From an uncultured delta proteobacterium (GTDB lineage: Bacteria; Myxococcota; Myxococcia; Myxococcales; Anaeromyxobacteraceae), in contig CAWFDF010000014.1 of NCBI GenBank assembly GCA_963814585.1, positions 1 to 64,000 of the forward strand: 64,000 bases of DNA. Reading direction: 5' to 3'. The notes beneath the pieces were generated by a model. That model worked only from the letters and a program-made list of their open reading frames with translations. It ran no database searches and was not told where the DNA came from. Both the position numbers and the translations under genes were made by a program. Within the stretch, counting starts at the first letter, position 1; the number at the start of each line of letters is the position of its first letter. Shown one piece after another: positions 12,242 to 23,369 of the stretch.

Positions 12242-13150
12242 TCACGGCGACTCGCGCCACGCCGTGACGCGTCGCGCCAGCGCCTCCGGATCGGCCGGCG
12301 CGGCCAGCCACGCCACGCCGGCCTCCCGCCGCAGCCAGGTCACCTGCCGGCGCGCGTACTGCCGGTGCGCCGCCTGCACGCGCCGGATCGCCTCCTCGAC
12401 GGCCAGCGTCCCGAGCACCACATCGACCGCCTCGGCGTAGCCGATGGGGAGCCGGGCCGGCAGGGCGTCGCCGAACCGGCGCAGGAGCCAGCGCGCCTCG
12501 TCGAGGAGTCCGCCTGCGAACATCGCCTCCACGCGGGCGTCGATCCGGGCCCGCAGCAGGTCGCGGGGCGGGTCGAGCGCGAGGAAGAAGGCGCGGTGGC
12601 GCTGGGGCCGGAAGGCGTGGGTGGCGTGGAGCGCCGACTGGGTCTGGCCACCCGCGGCGATCTCGAGGGACCGCACCACGCGCACCAGGTCATTGGGCCG
12701 GATCCGCGCCGCCGCCTCGGGGTCGACCGCGGCGAGCCGCGCGTGGAGCGCCGGCCGGCCTCGCGCCGCCGCCTCGGCCACGAGGCGGGCCCGCAGCTCC
12801 GGATCGCGCCCCGGCGCCGTGACCACGCCGTGGAGCAGCGCCCGCAGGTAGAGCCCGGTCCCGCCCACCACCAGCGGCAGCCTCCCTCGCGCCGTGATGG
12901 CCCCGATGGCCTGGTCGGCCAGCGCCACGAACCGCGCCGCGTCCATCCCCTCCCCGGGATCGGCGACGTCGAGCAGGTGGTGCGGCACCGCGGCCTGCTC
13001 GGCGAGGGTCGGCTTGGCGGTCCCGACGTCGAGGTGGCGGTAGAGCTGCTGCGAGTCGGCGTTGACGATCTCGCCACCGGCCCGGCGCGCCAGCTCGATG
13101 GCCAGCGCCGTCTTGCCGGAACCGGTGGGACCGGCCAGGACGAGGATCAA
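12242..13150 (-). CDS. miaA: tRNA dimethylallyltransferase
   Basis: GPTGSGKT, ADSQQLYRHLDVGTAKP, VGGTGLY, YARRQVTW; TTG start overlaps the upstream stop. Confidence 0.95.
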   Translation of the reverse strand: MILVLAGPTGSGKTALAIELARRAGGEIVNADSQQLYRHLDVGTAKPTLAEQAAVPHHLLDVADPGEGMDAARFVALADQAIGAITARGRLPLVVGGTGLYLRALLHGVVTAPGRDPELRARLVAEAAARGRPALHARLAAVDPEAAARIRPNDLVRVVRSLEIAAGGQTQSALHATHAFRPQRHRAFFLALDPPRDLLRARIDARVEAMFAGGLLDEARWLLRRFGDALPARLPIGYAEAVDVVLGTLAVEEAIRRVQAAHRQYARRQVTWLRREAGVAWLAAPADPEALARRVTAWRESP

Positions 13151-13755
13151 GGCCGCCTGGCGCCGGCCGAGGCGGCGGCCCTCTTGATCCCCAGGGCGGC
13201 CTCGACCTTGGCGCGCAGGAAGGTGCTGGCGTCCTTGGTGTAGCCGCGCTCGACGGCGAGGATGTTCCCCTCGCGGGACACCAGGAAGACCGAGGGGAGC
13301 GGGGCCTGATCCCCGAGGTAGCGCCGGGCCAGGAGGTTGAAGCGGTCGGAGAGGACCGGGTAGCGGGCACGGTGATCGGCCACCAGCTTCCTGGCCTCGC
13401 CGATCCCTGGCTCCTCCTTGTCGATGCTGATGCCGACCACGCGCAGGCCGAGCAATCGGTAGCGCGTGTCGAGCTCCACCAGCAGCGGCAGCTCCTTCTT
13501 GCAGGGGGCGCACCAGGAGGCGAAGAAGCTGAGCAGCACGACGCGGGACTCGGCGTCCTCGGGCTCCTCCCCGGCCATCGACCTGAGGGAGACCCAGCTC
13601 ACGCCCGAGGCCTCGGGGTTGAGCACCTTGAGGGAGAAGCCGGGGGCCGGGGCGCCGACCACGGCCTCCTCCTGCTGCTGCGCCGCGGTCGGGCCGGCCA
13701 GGGCCAGCGCGGCGAGGAGCGCGACGGCGCGCCCCGGGATCCTCCAGGTCCTCAC
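13147..13755 (-). CDS. TlpA-family thiol-disulfide reductase, exported
   Basis: Signal peptide, APGFSL, FASWCAPCKKELP. Confidence 0.85.
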   Translation of the reverse strand: MRTWRIPGRAVALLAALALAGPTAAQQQEEAVVGAPAPGFSLKVLNPEASGVSWVSLRSMAGEEPEDAESRVVLLSFFASWCAPCKKELPLLVELDTRYRLLGLRVVGISIDKEEPGIGEARKLVADHRARYPVLSDRFNLLARRYLGDQAPLPSVFLVSREGNILAVERGYTKDASTFLRAKVEAALGIKRAAASAGARRP

Positions 13756-15011
13756 GCGGCCTCCTCCCGCAGCCGGGCCACCAGCCCGGCCAGCTTCACC
13801 GGGGTCTCGGCCCGCGTGGTCATGTCCTTCAGCTTGCCCTCCCCGGCCTCCAGCTCCTGGCTGCCCAGCACCAGGGCGAAGCGGGCCTCGACGCGCTCGG
13901 CCTGCTTGAACTGGCGCGCCAGCTTCCCGCCGCGGGCGTCGAGGTCGCAGGCCACGCCGGCCTTGCGGAGCTCGGAGGAGATCCGCAGCGCCGCGGCGGC
14001 CCCGGCGGCGTCCGCCGAGACCAGGAAGACCGCCGGGCGCCGCACCGGCACCGGCCGCTGCAGCGTCTCGAGGATGAGCGCCAGGCGCTCGACGCCGAGC
14101 GCGAAGCCGACGCCGGGCGTGGGCGGCCCGCCCAGCGTCTCGACCAGCCCGTCATACCGGCCGCCGCCGGCCACCGCCGACTGGGACCCGAGCGCATCGC
14201 TGGTGAACTCGTAGGCGGTCCGGACGTAGTAGTCGAGGCCGCGCACCAGCCGCGGGGAGATGGTGTAGGCCACCCCGAGCGCCTCGAGGCCGGCGCGGAC
14301 CGCGTCGAAGTGGGCGCGGCACGGCTCGCAGAGTCGATCCAGCAGCCGCGGCGCGCCCTGCAGCACCGGCTGGCAGGTCGGCACCTTGCAGTCGAGGACG
14401 CGCAGGGGGTTCTTCCCGGTCCGCTCGCGGCAGGCGCCACAGAGCTGGCCAGCGTGGCTGGTCAGGTAGACGCGCAGGTCGGCCAGGTAGGCCGGGCGAC
14501 ACTGCGGATCCCCCACCGAGTTGAGCTCGAGCGCCGCGGTCACGCCCAGCCGGGAGAGCCAGTCCTGCACCATGGCGATCTGCTCGGCGTCGATGGCCGG
14601 CTCGGCGACGCCGAACGCCTCCACGCCGATCTGGTGGAACTGGCGGTAGCGCCCCTTCTGCGGCCGCTCCCGCCGGAACATGGGCCCCATGTAGAACCAC
14701 TTCTGCGGCCCGTCCACGTAGGCGCCGTGCTCGATGAAGGCCCGGATGGTGCCGGCCGTCCCCTCCGGTCGCAGCGCCAGCCGGTCCTCCCCCTTGTCCT
14801 CGAAGACGTACATCTCCTTGCTGACGATGTCGGTCTGCTCCCCGACGCTGCGGGCATAGAGCGGCTCCGGCTCCACCACCGGCGTGCGCACCTCGCGGTA
14901 GCCGTAGAGGGCGAAGACCTCGCGGGCGGTCGCCTCCAGCTCCTGCCAGCGCCCCACCGCACCCGGCAGGACGTCGTTCATCCCCTTCACGGCGTTGATC
15001 TTCCCGCTCAC
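13752..15011 (-). CDS. hisS: Histidyl-tRNA synthetase
   Basis: [44 protein letters not shown]. Confidence 0.98.
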   Translation of the reverse strand: MSGKINAVKGMNDVLPGAVGRWQELEATAREVFALYGYREVRTPVVEPEPLYARSVGEQTDIVSKEMYVFEDKGEDRLALRPEGTAGTIRAFIEHGAYVDGPQKWFYMGPMFRRERPQKGRYRQFHQIGVEAFGVAEPAIDAEQIAMVQDWLSRLGVTAALELNSVGDPQCRPAYLADLRVYLTSHAGQLCGACRERTGKNPLRVLDCKVPTCQPVLQGAPRLLDRLCEPCRAHFDAVRAGLEALGVAYTISPRLVRGLDYYVRTAYEFTSDALGSQSAVAGGGRYDGLVETLGGPPTPGVGFALGVERLALILETLQRPVPVRRPAVFLVSADAAGAAAALRISSELRKAGVACDLDARGGKLARQFKQAERVEARFALVLGSQELEAGEGKLKDMTTRAETPVKLAGLVARLREEAA

Positions 15012-15871
15012 CCGGCCTCCTGGCACTCGGCCCCGATGGGCTCGCCGACCCGCACCCGCGCCCCCGGCGCCAGCCGCTCCGAGAGCTTCACCCGCCCCGG
15101 CTCGAAGACCAGGATGACGGTCGATCCCATCTCGAAGGCGCCCAGCTCGGCCCCCTTCTCCACCGGCCGCGGTGGCGCGTAGTCCCCGAAGCGCACCCCG
15201 GCTGGCCCGGGCTGGTCGGTGAGCGGCACCGCAGCGTCGTAGGTGGCCCGGACCCGTCCCACCACCGTGGCCCCGACGGCGACGATGGCGGCGAGCCCGA
15301 GCGGCGAGTCGAGCAGCGTCACCAGCCGCTCGTTGACGGTGAAGAGTCCTGGCACGTGGCCGACCGAGGCGGCGTTGACCGGCCAGAGCCGGCCCGGGAT
15401 GTAGCGCCACCCGGTGATGCCGCCACCCAGCGGGAAGTGGATGCGGTGGTAGTCCTGCGGCGAGAGGTAGAGCGTGGTCCACGCCCCGCCCTCGAAGCGG
15501 CGCCCCAGGGCGGCGTCTCCCAGCAGCGCCGCCACCGTGTAGTCGATCCCCTTGGCCTGCAGCATCCGGCCTCCGGTGCTGAGTCCGGCCTGCGAGACGC
15601 GGGCGTCGACCGGCGAGACCACCACGCGCTCGCCCGGCGCGATGGGGCGCAGGCCAGGGAGGAGCGGCCTGGCGAAGAACTGGCCGAAGGTCCGGTAGCT
15701 CTCGAGCGGCGGGCTGGCCGCCAGGTCGATCCGGTAGCGCGCTGCGAAGGCGCGCATGGCGGGGCGCAGCACGCCGCCCGGCCCTTCCCAGTCGGTCAGG
15801 CGCCCCACCGCCCGGGAGAGGGCGTTCTTGGGGACGGCGCGCAGCGCGGTGATGAGGAGCCGGTCGTTCAT
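15008..15871 (-). CDS. psd: Phosphatidylserine decarboxylase proenzyme
   Basis: [32 protein letters not shown] autocleavage motif. Confidence 0.93.
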   Translation of the reverse strand: MNDRLLITALRAVPKNALSRAVGRLTDWEGPGGVLRPAMRAFAARYRIDLAASPPLESYRTFGQFFARPLLPGLRPIAPGERVVVSPVDARVSQAGLSTGGRMLQAKGIDYTVAALLGDAALGRRFEGGAWTTLYLSPQDYHRIHFPLGGGITGWRYIPGRLWPVNAASVGHVPGLFTVNERLVTLLDSPLGLAAIVAVGATVVGRVRATYDAAVPLTDQPGPAGVRFGDYAPPRPVEKGAELGAFEMGSTVILVFEPGRVKLSERLAPGARVRVGEPIGAECQEAG

Positions 15872-15922
15872 GCGGGCTGGACAGTCTAGCAGAGGGTCCG
15901 CCGGCGCCGGTAGGATGAGCCC

Positions 15923-16663
15923 ATGTGCCGCCTCTTCGGCCAGCACGCTCCACCGGACCACGATCGCTGCGAGGCGCTCTGCAGCGCCCCCAACGCCCTG
16001 CGCTTCCAGAGCCACCGCCACCCGCACGGCTGGGGGATCGCCTGGTACCAGGCCGGTCGGGTCCACGTCGAGCGCGGGCTCCTGCCGGCCCACGCCGACG
16101 AGGCCTTCGTGGAGGCGGCCCGGGCCGCCCGCTCCCGGGTGGTGATCGCCCACGTCCGCGACGCCAGCGTGGGCCCGGTGAGCGCCGCCAACACCCACCC
16201 CTTCGTCCACGGCCGCTGGATCTTCGCGCACAACGGGACGGTGGCCCGCTTCAAGGACGTGGCCCGGGTCCGCGAGGAGATCGAGGCCGAGATCGATCCT
16301 GAGCTGCGCCGCACGCTGCGGGGACAGACCGACAGCGAGCGCTGCTTCCTGGTCTTCCTGACACGGCTCCGGGCCCGCGGCTCGATGGCGGCCGCGAGCC
16401 TGGCCGAGGTGAAGGTGGCCCTGCGAGCCACCACCAGGACCGTCCGCCGCATCGCCGACCACCATTCGTCCCGCCCCTCCTCGCTCAACTTCCTGGTCAG
16501 CGACGGGCGGGTGCTGGCGGCCAGCCGGCTCGGCCGCGACCTGCACGTGGCCGGGGCCGCCGGGGCCGAGCGGGCCTTCGTGGTGGCCAGCGAGCCCATC
16601 GGGCACGCCGCCTGGAGGGTCGTGCCGGACGGGGTGGTGATCGGTTACGCCGGGGACGGGTGA
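15923..16663 (+). CDS. Class II glutamine amidotransferase (YafJ/EgtC-like)
   Basis: MCRLFG (N-terminal Cys), [30 protein letters not shown]. Confidence 0.88.
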   Translation: MCRLFGQHAPPDHDRCEALCSAPNALRFQSHRHPHGWGIAWYQAGRVHVERGLLPAHADEAFVEAARAARSRVVIAHVRDASVGPVSAANTHPFVHGRWIFAHNGTVARFKDVARVREEIEAEIDPELRRTLRGQTDSERCFLVFLTRLRARGSMAAASLAEVKVALRATTRTVRRIADHHSSRPSSLNFLVSDGRVLAASRLGRDLHVAGAAGAERAFVVASEPIGHAAWRVVPDGVVIGYAGDG

Positions 16664-16694
16664 CCCGCCTCGCTCCCGAGCCGAGGCCCCCCCG

Positions 16695-17555
16695 TCAGGC
16701 CACCGGTGAGCCCGAGCGCCGCTCCCGGTCGGTGACCGCGAGGTCGTGGAGCTGGCCGAGCGAGCGGACCAACGCACCGTGGCGAGGCCGCTCCGGCCAG
16801 GCGCCGTGGCCACCCAGCACGAGCGTGACCCCGAGCGCGCGACAGCGCCGGCCGAGGGCCTCCGCCTGCCGGCGGAGCCCGAGCGCGTCGGCGGACGCCT
16901 CCGAGGCCGACACCGCCAGCAACCCCACCTCCCCGTCCCCGAGCAGCCGCTCGATCTCGCCGAGCGGGGTCCGGCGGCCGGCCCAGAGGGTCGACCACCC
17001 CGCCTCGCGCAGCACCAGCTCCACCAGCGAGAGCCCCAGGGTGTGATCGTCCCCCTCGGCGCAGGTGAGCAGGGCCACCGGCGCCGGTGACGGCAGCGGG
17101 ATGGACTCGGCGAGGCGCGCCAGGGCCCGGGCCAGGCGCTCGGAGGCGAGGTGCTCCTCGGCGATGGAGATGGACCCCGCCTGCCACCGCCGCCCGAGCT
17201 CGGCCACGACCAGGCCCGCCCGCTCGGCGACGCGGTGCCACGCGCCCGTCCGGGCCCGCTCGGCCAGGAGCAGCGACGAGACGCCGGCGGCCTCGCGGGC
17301 CTCGAGCAGGGCCTCGACCCACGGGTCGCCGCCGGCGGGCTCCCCGGCGTGCTGGCGGAGCACCCGCTCCACCTCGGCGCGAGCGAAGCGGCGGTGGCCG
17401 CCGGCGGTCTTCCGGCAGGCGAGGAGCCCGGCGTCGGACCAGCGCTTGACCGCCGAGGGGCCCACGCCGGCCAGGCGGGCCACCTCCCGGGTCGACAGCA
17501 AATCGTCCAATACGTCTGACCCCGTGCCTGACGGACCGACCGGCTGTCTTTTCAT
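16695..17555 (-). CDS. CarH/LitR-like regulator: MerR/excisionase-type HTH + B12-binding domain
   Basis: [25 protein letters not shown]-x9-EH ([12 protein letters not shown]); DDHTLG; LAVSAS...VLGG. Confidence 0.8.
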   Translation of the reverse strand: MKRQPVGPSGTGSDVLDDLLSTREVARLAGVGPSAVKRWSDAGLLACRKTAGGHRRFARAEVERVLRQHAGEPAGGDPWVEALLEAREAAGVSSLLLAERARTGAWHRVAERAGLVVAELGRRWQAGSISIAEEHLASERLARALARLAESIPLPSPAPVALLTCAEGDDHTLGLSLVELVLREAGWSTLWAGRRTPLGEIERLLGDGEVGLLAVSASEASADALGLRRQAEALGRRCRALGVTLVLGGHGAWPERPRHGALVRSLGQLHDLAVTDRERRSGSPVA

Positions 17556-17656
17556 AGTTGCTATTATAAATGCGAATCCACCCGGGCTCGACCCCCGGTC
17601 CATGCAGGCCCCATCTGGGACTCGCATATTCGCCTTATTCGTCCTAGCTCCCTTCC

Positions 17657-18694
17657 ATGCTCGGACTCGCCATGGCAGAACGCGGCCTCCTCCCCGTCCC
17701 GGTGATCAGGCTCGGCATCCGGCGGCTGCTGCGGGAGCGGCTGGCCAGCGAGGCCCGGCGCCACCGGGACCTGGAGGCGACGCTCGACCGGTTCGTGCGC
17801 GACATGGCGGCGACCGAGATCGCCGAGGTGCCCGAGCTCGCCAACGCGCAGCACTACGAGGTCCCGCCCGCCTTCTTCGAGGCCGTGCTGGGCCGCCACC
17901 TGAAGTACAGCTGCGGCCTCTGGACCAAGGAGGCCCGGACCCTGGACGCGGCCGAGGCGGCCATGCTGGCCCTCACCTGCGAGCGGGCGGGACTCGCCGA
18001 CGGGCAGCGCATCCTCGAGCTCGGCTGCGGCTGGGGCAGCCTCTCGCTCTGGATGGCGGAGCGCCTGCCGAACGCCCGCATCACCGCCGTCTCCAACTCG
18101 GCCCCGCAGGGCGAGTTCATCCGGGCCCGGGCCCGGGCCCGCGGCCTGGCCAACCTCGAGGTGAGGACCGCCGACGTCAACCGCTTCGATCCGGGGACCC
18201 GCTTCGATCGGGTGGTGTCGGTGGAGATGTTCGAGCACCTGCGCAACTGGCCCGAGGCGCTGCGCCGGGTGGCGGGCTGGCTCGAGACGGACGGCCGGGT
18301 CTTCCTGCACGTCTTCGCGCACCGCCGCTTCGCCTACCGGTTCGAGGTGGACGGCGACGGCGACTGGATGGCCCGCCACTTCTTCTCCGGCGGCATCATG
18401 CCGGTCCACGGTCTCGCCGCCCGCGTCGGCGGGCCGCTCCAGGTCGAGGCGCAGTGGCTGGTGCCCGGCACCCACTACGCCCGCACCGCGGAGGCGTGGC
18501 TGGAGCGGCTCGAGGCGGCGTGGCCGAGGGCGGTGTCGGCGCTCGCCGCCGGTCGCACCCGGGAGGAGGCCGAGCGGCACGCCCACCGCTGGCGCCTCTT
18601 CTTCCTCGCCTGCGCCGAGCTCTTCGGCTTCGCCGGTGGCGAGGAGTGGGTGGTCTCCCACGCCCGGCTGAGGCCGGCCCGGGAGGCGCCATGA
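17657..18694 (+). CDS. CFA-synthase-like SAM-dependent methyltransferase
   Basis: ANAQHYEVP, KYSC, ILELGCGWGSL, SVEMFEH, WMARHFFSGGIMP. Confidence 0.9.
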   Translation: MLGLAMAERGLLPVPVIRLGIRRLLRERLASEARRHRDLEATLDRFVRDMAATEIAEVPELANAQHYEVPPAFFEAVLGRHLKYSCGLWTKEARTLDAAEAAMLALTCERAGLADGQRILELGCGWGSLSLWMAERLPNARITAVSNSAPQGEFIRARARARGLANLEVRTADVNRFDPGTRFDRVVSVEMFEHLRNWPEALRRVAGWLETDGRVFLHVFAHRRFAYRFEVDGDGDWMARHFFSGGIMPVHGLAARVGGPLQVEAQWLVPGTHYARTAEAWLERLEAAWPRAVSALAAGRTREEAERHAHRWRLFFLACAELFGFAGGEEWVVSHARLRPAREAP

Positions 18695-19947
18695 GGATCG
18701 CCGTGATCGGCTCGGGGGTCTCCGGCCTGGTCTGCGCCCACCTGCTCTCCCCCCGCAACGACGTGGTCCTCCTCGAGGCCGACGACCGGGTCGGCGGCCA
18801 CGTCCACACGGTGGACGTGCCGGCGCCGGGCGGACCGGTGGCCGTGGACACCGGCTTCATCGTCTTCAACGCGCGGACCTACCCGTCCTTCCTGCGGCTG
18901 CTCCGTCGGCTCGGAGTGGGCTGGCAGGAGTCGGAGATGAGCTTCGCGGTGCGGAGCGACCGGAGGGACCTCGAGTACGGCGGGCAGGGCCTGGACACCC
19001 TGTACGCGCAGCGCCGCAACCTGCTCTCGCCCCGCTTCCACCGGATGGTGCTCGACGTGCTCCGCTTCCACCGGGAGGCGCGCGGGCTGCTCGACCAGGG
19101 GCCCGAGGTGGCGCTCGGGGGCTGGCTCCGCGCACGCGGCTACTCGCGGGCCTTCGTCGAGGACCACCTCCTGCCCATGGTGGGCGCGGTCTGGTCCTCG
19201 AGCCGCGCCGGGGTGGAGGACTTCCCGGCCCGCTTCCTGGCCCGCTTCTTCGACAACCACGGGCTGCTCACCGTGAACGACCGGCCCAGCTGGCTCACGG
19301 TGCGCGGCGGCTCGCGCACCTACGTGAAGGCCCTGCTGGAGGCCTTCCCCGGTGAGCTCCGCACCAGCTGCCCGGTGGGCTCCATCCGGCGCGAGGACGG
19401 GTCCGTGCTGGTGCGGCCCCGCGGCGCCCGGGCCGAGCGCTTCGACCACGTCGTCCTCGCCTGCCACGCCGACCAGGCGCTGGCGCTGCTGGCCGACCCC
19501 TCGCCCCTCGAGCGGGAGACGCTCTCCGCCTTCCCCTACCGCGGCAACGACGTCCTCCTCCATCACGACGAGGCGGTCATGCCGCGGCGCCGCCGCGTCT
19601 GGTCCTCCTGGAACTACCACCTCGACGACGAGGGCGGGGCCGGGGCCTCGGTCACCTACTGGATGAACAGGCTGCAGCGCTTGGCCGCCGAGCGGCAGTA
19701 CTTCGTGACCCTCAACCGTCCCGACGCGGTCCGCCCGGGGCACGTGATCCGCCGCCTCCGCTACCACCACCCGGTCTTCACCGCCGCCGGGGTGGGCGCC
19801 CAGGCCCGCCACCTGGCCCTCATCGATCACCGGCGCACCTCCTACTGCGGCGCCTACTGGGGCAACGGGTTCCACGAGGACGGCGTGGCGAGCGCCGAGC
19901 GCGTCTGCGAGCGGCTCGGCACCGCGCGGCTCGAGGAGGCGGCATGA
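18691..19947 (+). CDS. FAD-dependent oxidoreductase (UfaD-like fatty acid desaturase family)
   Basis: IAVIGSGVSG, VDTGFIVFN, FFDNHGLL, WSSWNY, TYWMNRLQ, GFHEDG. Confidence 0.88.
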   Translation: MRIAVIGSGVSGLVCAHLLSPRNDVVLLEADDRVGGHVHTVDVPAPGGPVAVDTGFIVFNARTYPSFLRLLRRLGVGWQESEMSFAVRSDRRDLEYGGQGLDTLYAQRRNLLSPRFHRMVLDVLRFHREARGLLDQGPEVALGGWLRARGYSRAFVEDHLLPMVGAVWSSSRAGVEDFPARFLARFFDNHGLLTVNDRPSWLTVRGGSRTYVKALLEAFPGELRTSCPVGSIRREDGSVLVRPRGARAERFDHVVLACHADQALALLADPSPLERETLSAFPYRGNDVLLHHDEAVMPRRRRVWSSWNYHLDDEGGAGASVTYWMNRLQRLAAERQYFVTLNRPDAVRPGHVIRRLRYHHPVFTAAGVGAQARHLALIDHRRTSYCGAYWGNGFHEDGVASAERVCERLGTARLEEAA

Positions 19948-20708
19948 GCGACGGGAGCGCCATCTACCGGGGCACCCTGGCCCACGCCCGTCGCACGCCG
20001 CGGCCCCACGCCTTCACCTACGACGTCTGGCTGATGTACCTCGACCTCGACCACCTCCCCGAGCTCCTGGCCGGGCCCGGACCGCTGCGCTCCGGGCGCT
20101 TCTCGCTGCTCTCCTTCCGGCGCGAGGACTACCTCGGCGGCGAGGGAGACCTGGCCGAGGCGGCGCGCGCACGGGTCGCCTCGGCGCTCGGCTTCCGGCC
20201 CGCCGGACCGGTGCGGCTGCTCACTCAGGGGCGCTCCTTCGGCCGGGCCTTCAACCCGGTCAGCTTCTACTACTGCTTCGGCGAGGACGGCCGTACGCTC
20301 CAGGCCATGGTGGCCGAGGTCACCAACACGCCGTGGGGCGAGCGGCACGCCTATGTGGTCCGCGCCGGCGAGGACGGCGTGGAGGCCACCGTGAAGAAGG
20401 CCTTCCACGTGTCGCCATTCTTCGGCCTCGACCAGGACTACGCGTGGCGCCTCTCGCCACCGGGCGAGCGGCTGGTGGTGGAGATGCGCAACCACGAGGG
20501 TGGCGGCGAGGTCTTCCGCGCCCGGCTCGACCTCCGCCGCGAGCCCTGGAGCGCCGCGGCGCTGTGGCGGGCCGCGCTCGGGCAGCCGCTCATGGCCTGG
20601 AAGGTCCCGGCCGCCATCTACTGGCAGGCGCTCCGGCTCTGGCTCAAGCGCACCCCCTTCCACCCCCACCCCGGAAACGCCGCGGCCGAGGCCGCGAGGA
20701 GGCCGTGA
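19944..20708 (+). CDS. DUF1365-family protein (UfaO-like)
   Basis: HAR..P..HAF, FNPVSFYYC, AEVTNTPWGERH, KAFHVSPF, IYWQALRLWLK. Confidence 0.9.
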   Translation: MSDGSAIYRGTLAHARRTPRPHAFTYDVWLMYLDLDHLPELLAGPGPLRSGRFSLLSFRREDYLGGEGDLAEAARARVASALGFRPAGPVRLLTQGRSFGRAFNPVSFYYCFGEDGRTLQAMVAEVTNTPWGERHAYVVRAGEDGVEATVKKAFHVSPFFGLDQDYAWRLSPPGERLVVEMRNHEGGGEVFRARLDLRREPWSAAALWRAALGQPLMAWKVPAAIYWQALRLWLKRTPFHPHPGNAAAEAARRP

Positions 20709-20710
20709 TC

Positions 20711-21943
20711 ATGGACGCCGGCGAGAACACCCTCTCCCTCTCCCCGCCACGGGCCGCCGCCACGGCCTGGCGGCGCGCCGTGCTCGGGCGGCTCGGGCGG
20801 CTCGAGCGCGGCACCCTCGCCGTGGAGGACGCCGGCGGTGTCGTGACCCTGGGACAGCCGGCGGCCGACGGCCTGACGGCGCGGCTGGTGGTGCGGCGGC
20901 CCGGGTTCTGGCGGCGCGCCGCACTGGGCGGGTCGGTGGGGGCCGGGGAGTCCTACGCGGACGGGGACTGGGACACCGACGACCTCACCGCGGTGGTGCG
21001 CATCCTGGCGAGGAACCGGGCGGCGCTCTCCGGCCTGGACGGCGGCCTGGCCTGGCTCGGACGCCCGGCGGCCAGCCTGTTCGCGCTGCTGCGACCCAAC
21101 ACCCGCGCCGGCGCTCGACGCAACATCGCCGACCACTACGACCTGGGGAACGACTTCTTCGCCCTCATGCTCGACCCCACCATGACCTACTCGTCGGCGG
21201 TCTTCGAGCCGCCCGAGGTGTCGCTGGAGCAGGCCAGCCGGCGAAAGCTCGAGCTGCTCTGCGGCAAGCTCGGCCTGCGGCCCTCCGACCACCTCCTCGA
21301 GATCGGCTCGGGCTGGGGCTCGATGGCCATCCACGCGGCCTCGCGCCACGGCTGCCGGGTCACCACCACCACCATCTCGCGCGCCCAGCACGAGGTCGCC
21401 ACCGAGCGGGTGGCGCGGGCTGGGCTGTCGGGGCGGGTCACGGTGCTCCTCGAGGACTACCGCGACCTCACCGGCCGGTACGACAAGGTGGTGTCGGTGG
21501 AGATGATCGAGGCCATCGGCGCCGATCAGTACCCGACCTTCTTCGAGCGCTGCGCCGCCCGCCTCGCCCCGGGCGGCCGGCTGGCCGTTCAGGCCATCAC
21601 CATCGCCGACCAGCACTACGAGCAGGCGCGGCGCCAGGTGGACTTCATCAAGCGCCACGTGTTCCCTGGCGGCTGCATCCCTTCGGTGACCGCGCTGCTG
21701 GGGGCCGCCACCGCGGCCAGCGACCTGCGCCTGCGACACCTCGAGGACCTGACACCGCACTACGCCCGGACCCTGGCCGCCTGGCGGGACAACCTGTCGG
21801 ATCGGCGGGAGGCGGTGGCGCGGATCACCACCGAGCGCTTCCGGCGCCTCTGGCACTTCTACCTCTGCTACTGCGAGGGCGGCTTCGCCGAGCGATACGT
21901 GGGGCTGGTCCAGCTGGTGTTCGACCGACCGGAGGGGGGCTGA
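20711..21943 (+). CDS. cfa: Cyclopropane-fatty-acyl-phospholipid synthase family methyltransferase (UfaM/CfaS-like)
   Basis: NIADHYDLGNDFF, MTYSSA, LEIGSGWG, VSVEMIEA, DFIKRHVFPGG, FYLCYCEGGF. Confidence 0.9.
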   Translation: MDAGENTLSLSPPRAAATAWRRAVLGRLGRLERGTLAVEDAGGVVTLGQPAADGLTARLVVRRPGFWRRAALGGSVGAGESYADGDWDTDDLTAVVRILARNRAALSGLDGGLAWLGRPAASLFALLRPNTRAGARRNIADHYDLGNDFFALMLDPTMTYSSAVFEPPEVSLEQASRRKLELLCGKLGLRPSDHLLEIGSGWGSMAIHAASRHGCRVTTTTISRAQHEVATERVARAGLSGRVTVLLEDYRDLTGRYDKVVSVEMIEAIGADQYPTFFERCAARLAPGGRLAVQAITIADQHYEQARRQVDFIKRHVFPGGCIPSVTALLGAATAASDLRLRHLEDLTPHYARTLAAWRDNLSDRREAVARITTERFRRLWHFYLCYCEGGFAERYVGLVQLVFDRPEGG

Positions 21944-21946
21944 GCC

Positions 21947-22714
21947 ATGGCCCCCCTGCACCCTCGGCGCCTCCTGGCCGCGGCCCTGGCCCTGGCCGCG
22001 CCGCTGCTCGCGCCGGCCTCGGAGCCCGGCGTCGCCGACGCTGCGCGCCTGGAGCGCTTCTCGGGGGTGGCGCGCGGCCGCGACGGCCGGGTCCTGTACG
22101 TCGAGGATCACCAGGTGCGCAGGGCCGGCGACCGGGTCCTCGCCGCCTCGACCACCTACCGCGATCCGTCCGGCACCATCATCGCGGAGCTGAAGAGCGA
22201 CTACGCCAGCGACCCGTGGGCGCCCAGCTATCGCTTCGAGGACCGCCGCACCGGCCGGGTCGAGGTGGTGGAGACCGGCCCGGCCGGCGCCATCCTCGAC
22301 GCCGGCGGGAGGCGCGTGACCCTGAGGCGTCCCCGGCCAGGCCAGCCGCCGCTGGTGGGCGGCCAGGGGCTCGACCAGCTGGTGCGGGCCCGCCTCGACG
22401 CGCTGCGATCCGGCCAGCGCCTGACCGTCGCCTTCGCCATCCCGTCGCGCCAGGAGGCCTTCGAGTTCCGGGTCCAGGCGCTTCCCCAGGAGGACGCCGG
22501 AGAGGTGGTCCGGGTCCGGGTCGAGGTGGCCTCGTGGCTCCTGCGCCTGCTGGCGCCCCACATGGACTGCGACTACGACCCGGCCACGCGCCGGCTGCTC
22601 CGCTACCGCGGGCCTTCCAACCTGGAGGGCGATGGCGGAGCACACCCGGACGTGGAGATCACCTACGACTACTCCGGCTGGACGGACGAGGAGGTCGCGC
22701 TTGCGTCGCCCTGA
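21947..22714 (+). CDS. Exported hypothetical protein
   Basis: Signal peptide; beta-rich mature part; starts 3 nt after the cfa stop. Confidence 0.75.
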   Translation: MAPLHPRRLLAAALALAAPLLAPASEPGVADAARLERFSGVARGRDGRVLYVEDHQVRRAGDRVLAASTTYRDPSGTIIAELKSDYASDPWAPSYRFEDRRTGRVEVVETGPAGAILDAGGRRVTLRRPRPGQPPLVGGQGLDQLVRARLDALRSGQRLTVAFAIPSRQEAFEFRVQALPQEDAGEVVRVRVEVASWLLRLLAPHMDCDYDPATRRLLRYRGPSNLEGDGGAHPDVEITYDYSGWTDEEVALASP

Positions 22715-23369
22715 TCGGCTCGGCGCGGTGGCCGGTCTGGCCGGGGCGGCCGGCAATCTCCTCGGCGTGCTCTGGCTCCTGGACGCGCCCGGCGCCTACA
22801 AGCCGGGTGGCCTCGACTCCTGGGCGGCCAGCGCCAGCGCGCAGCCGCGCGCCACGGTGGCCAGCGCCGTCGCCTTCATCCTCGGCCTCATCGCCCTGGC
22901 CTGGTGGGCCCGGGCCGTGGGCCGGCGCGCCGGCGGCACCCTGGGGAGGGCCGGCGGGGCCTCCATGGCGCTCGGCGCCATCCTGAACGCGGCCGGCTGC
23001 GTGACCCCGCTGGTGCTGGTCCTCCACGTCACCCCGGCCTGTGGCCTGGGCGGGTGCGGGCCGGTGGCCCGGGCGCTGCTGGGGCTCACCCTCTCGCTCG
23101 ACGCCCTCTTCAACCTGCTCTTCGGGGCCGGACTGGCCGCCGCCGCCGTGGCGCTGGCGAGACGCGAGCGCCGACCGGTGCTCGGCGTCCTCGGTGTTGC
23201 CGCCGGGTTGGTCACGGTGGTGGTGAGCCTGCAGTTCGTCTCCGATGCCGCGGCCCGCTGGCTCGCCGTGGCCGGACCACTCTGGCTCGCCTGGGTCCTC
23301 GCCGCCAGCGCCTTGCTCTGGCGCGGGGGGCCCGCCCCTCGTCGCGCTGCACCCGCGGGCGGCCCGTGA
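22701..23369 (+). CDS. Multi-pass membrane protein of unknown function
   Basis: About 6 hydrophobic segments; GAGGAGG RBS before TTG at 22701; coupled to both neighbours. Confidence 0.65.
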   Translation: MRRPDRLGAVAGLAGAAGNLLGVLWLLDAPGAYKPGGLDSWAASASAQPRATVASAVAFILGLIALAWWARAVGRRAGGTLGRAGGASMALGAILNAAGCVTPLVLVLHVTPACGLGGCGPVARALLGLTLSLDALFNLLFGAGLAAAAVALARRERRPVLGVLGVAAGLVTVVVSLQFVSDAAARWLAVAGPLWLAWVLAASALLWRGGPAPRRAAPAGGP

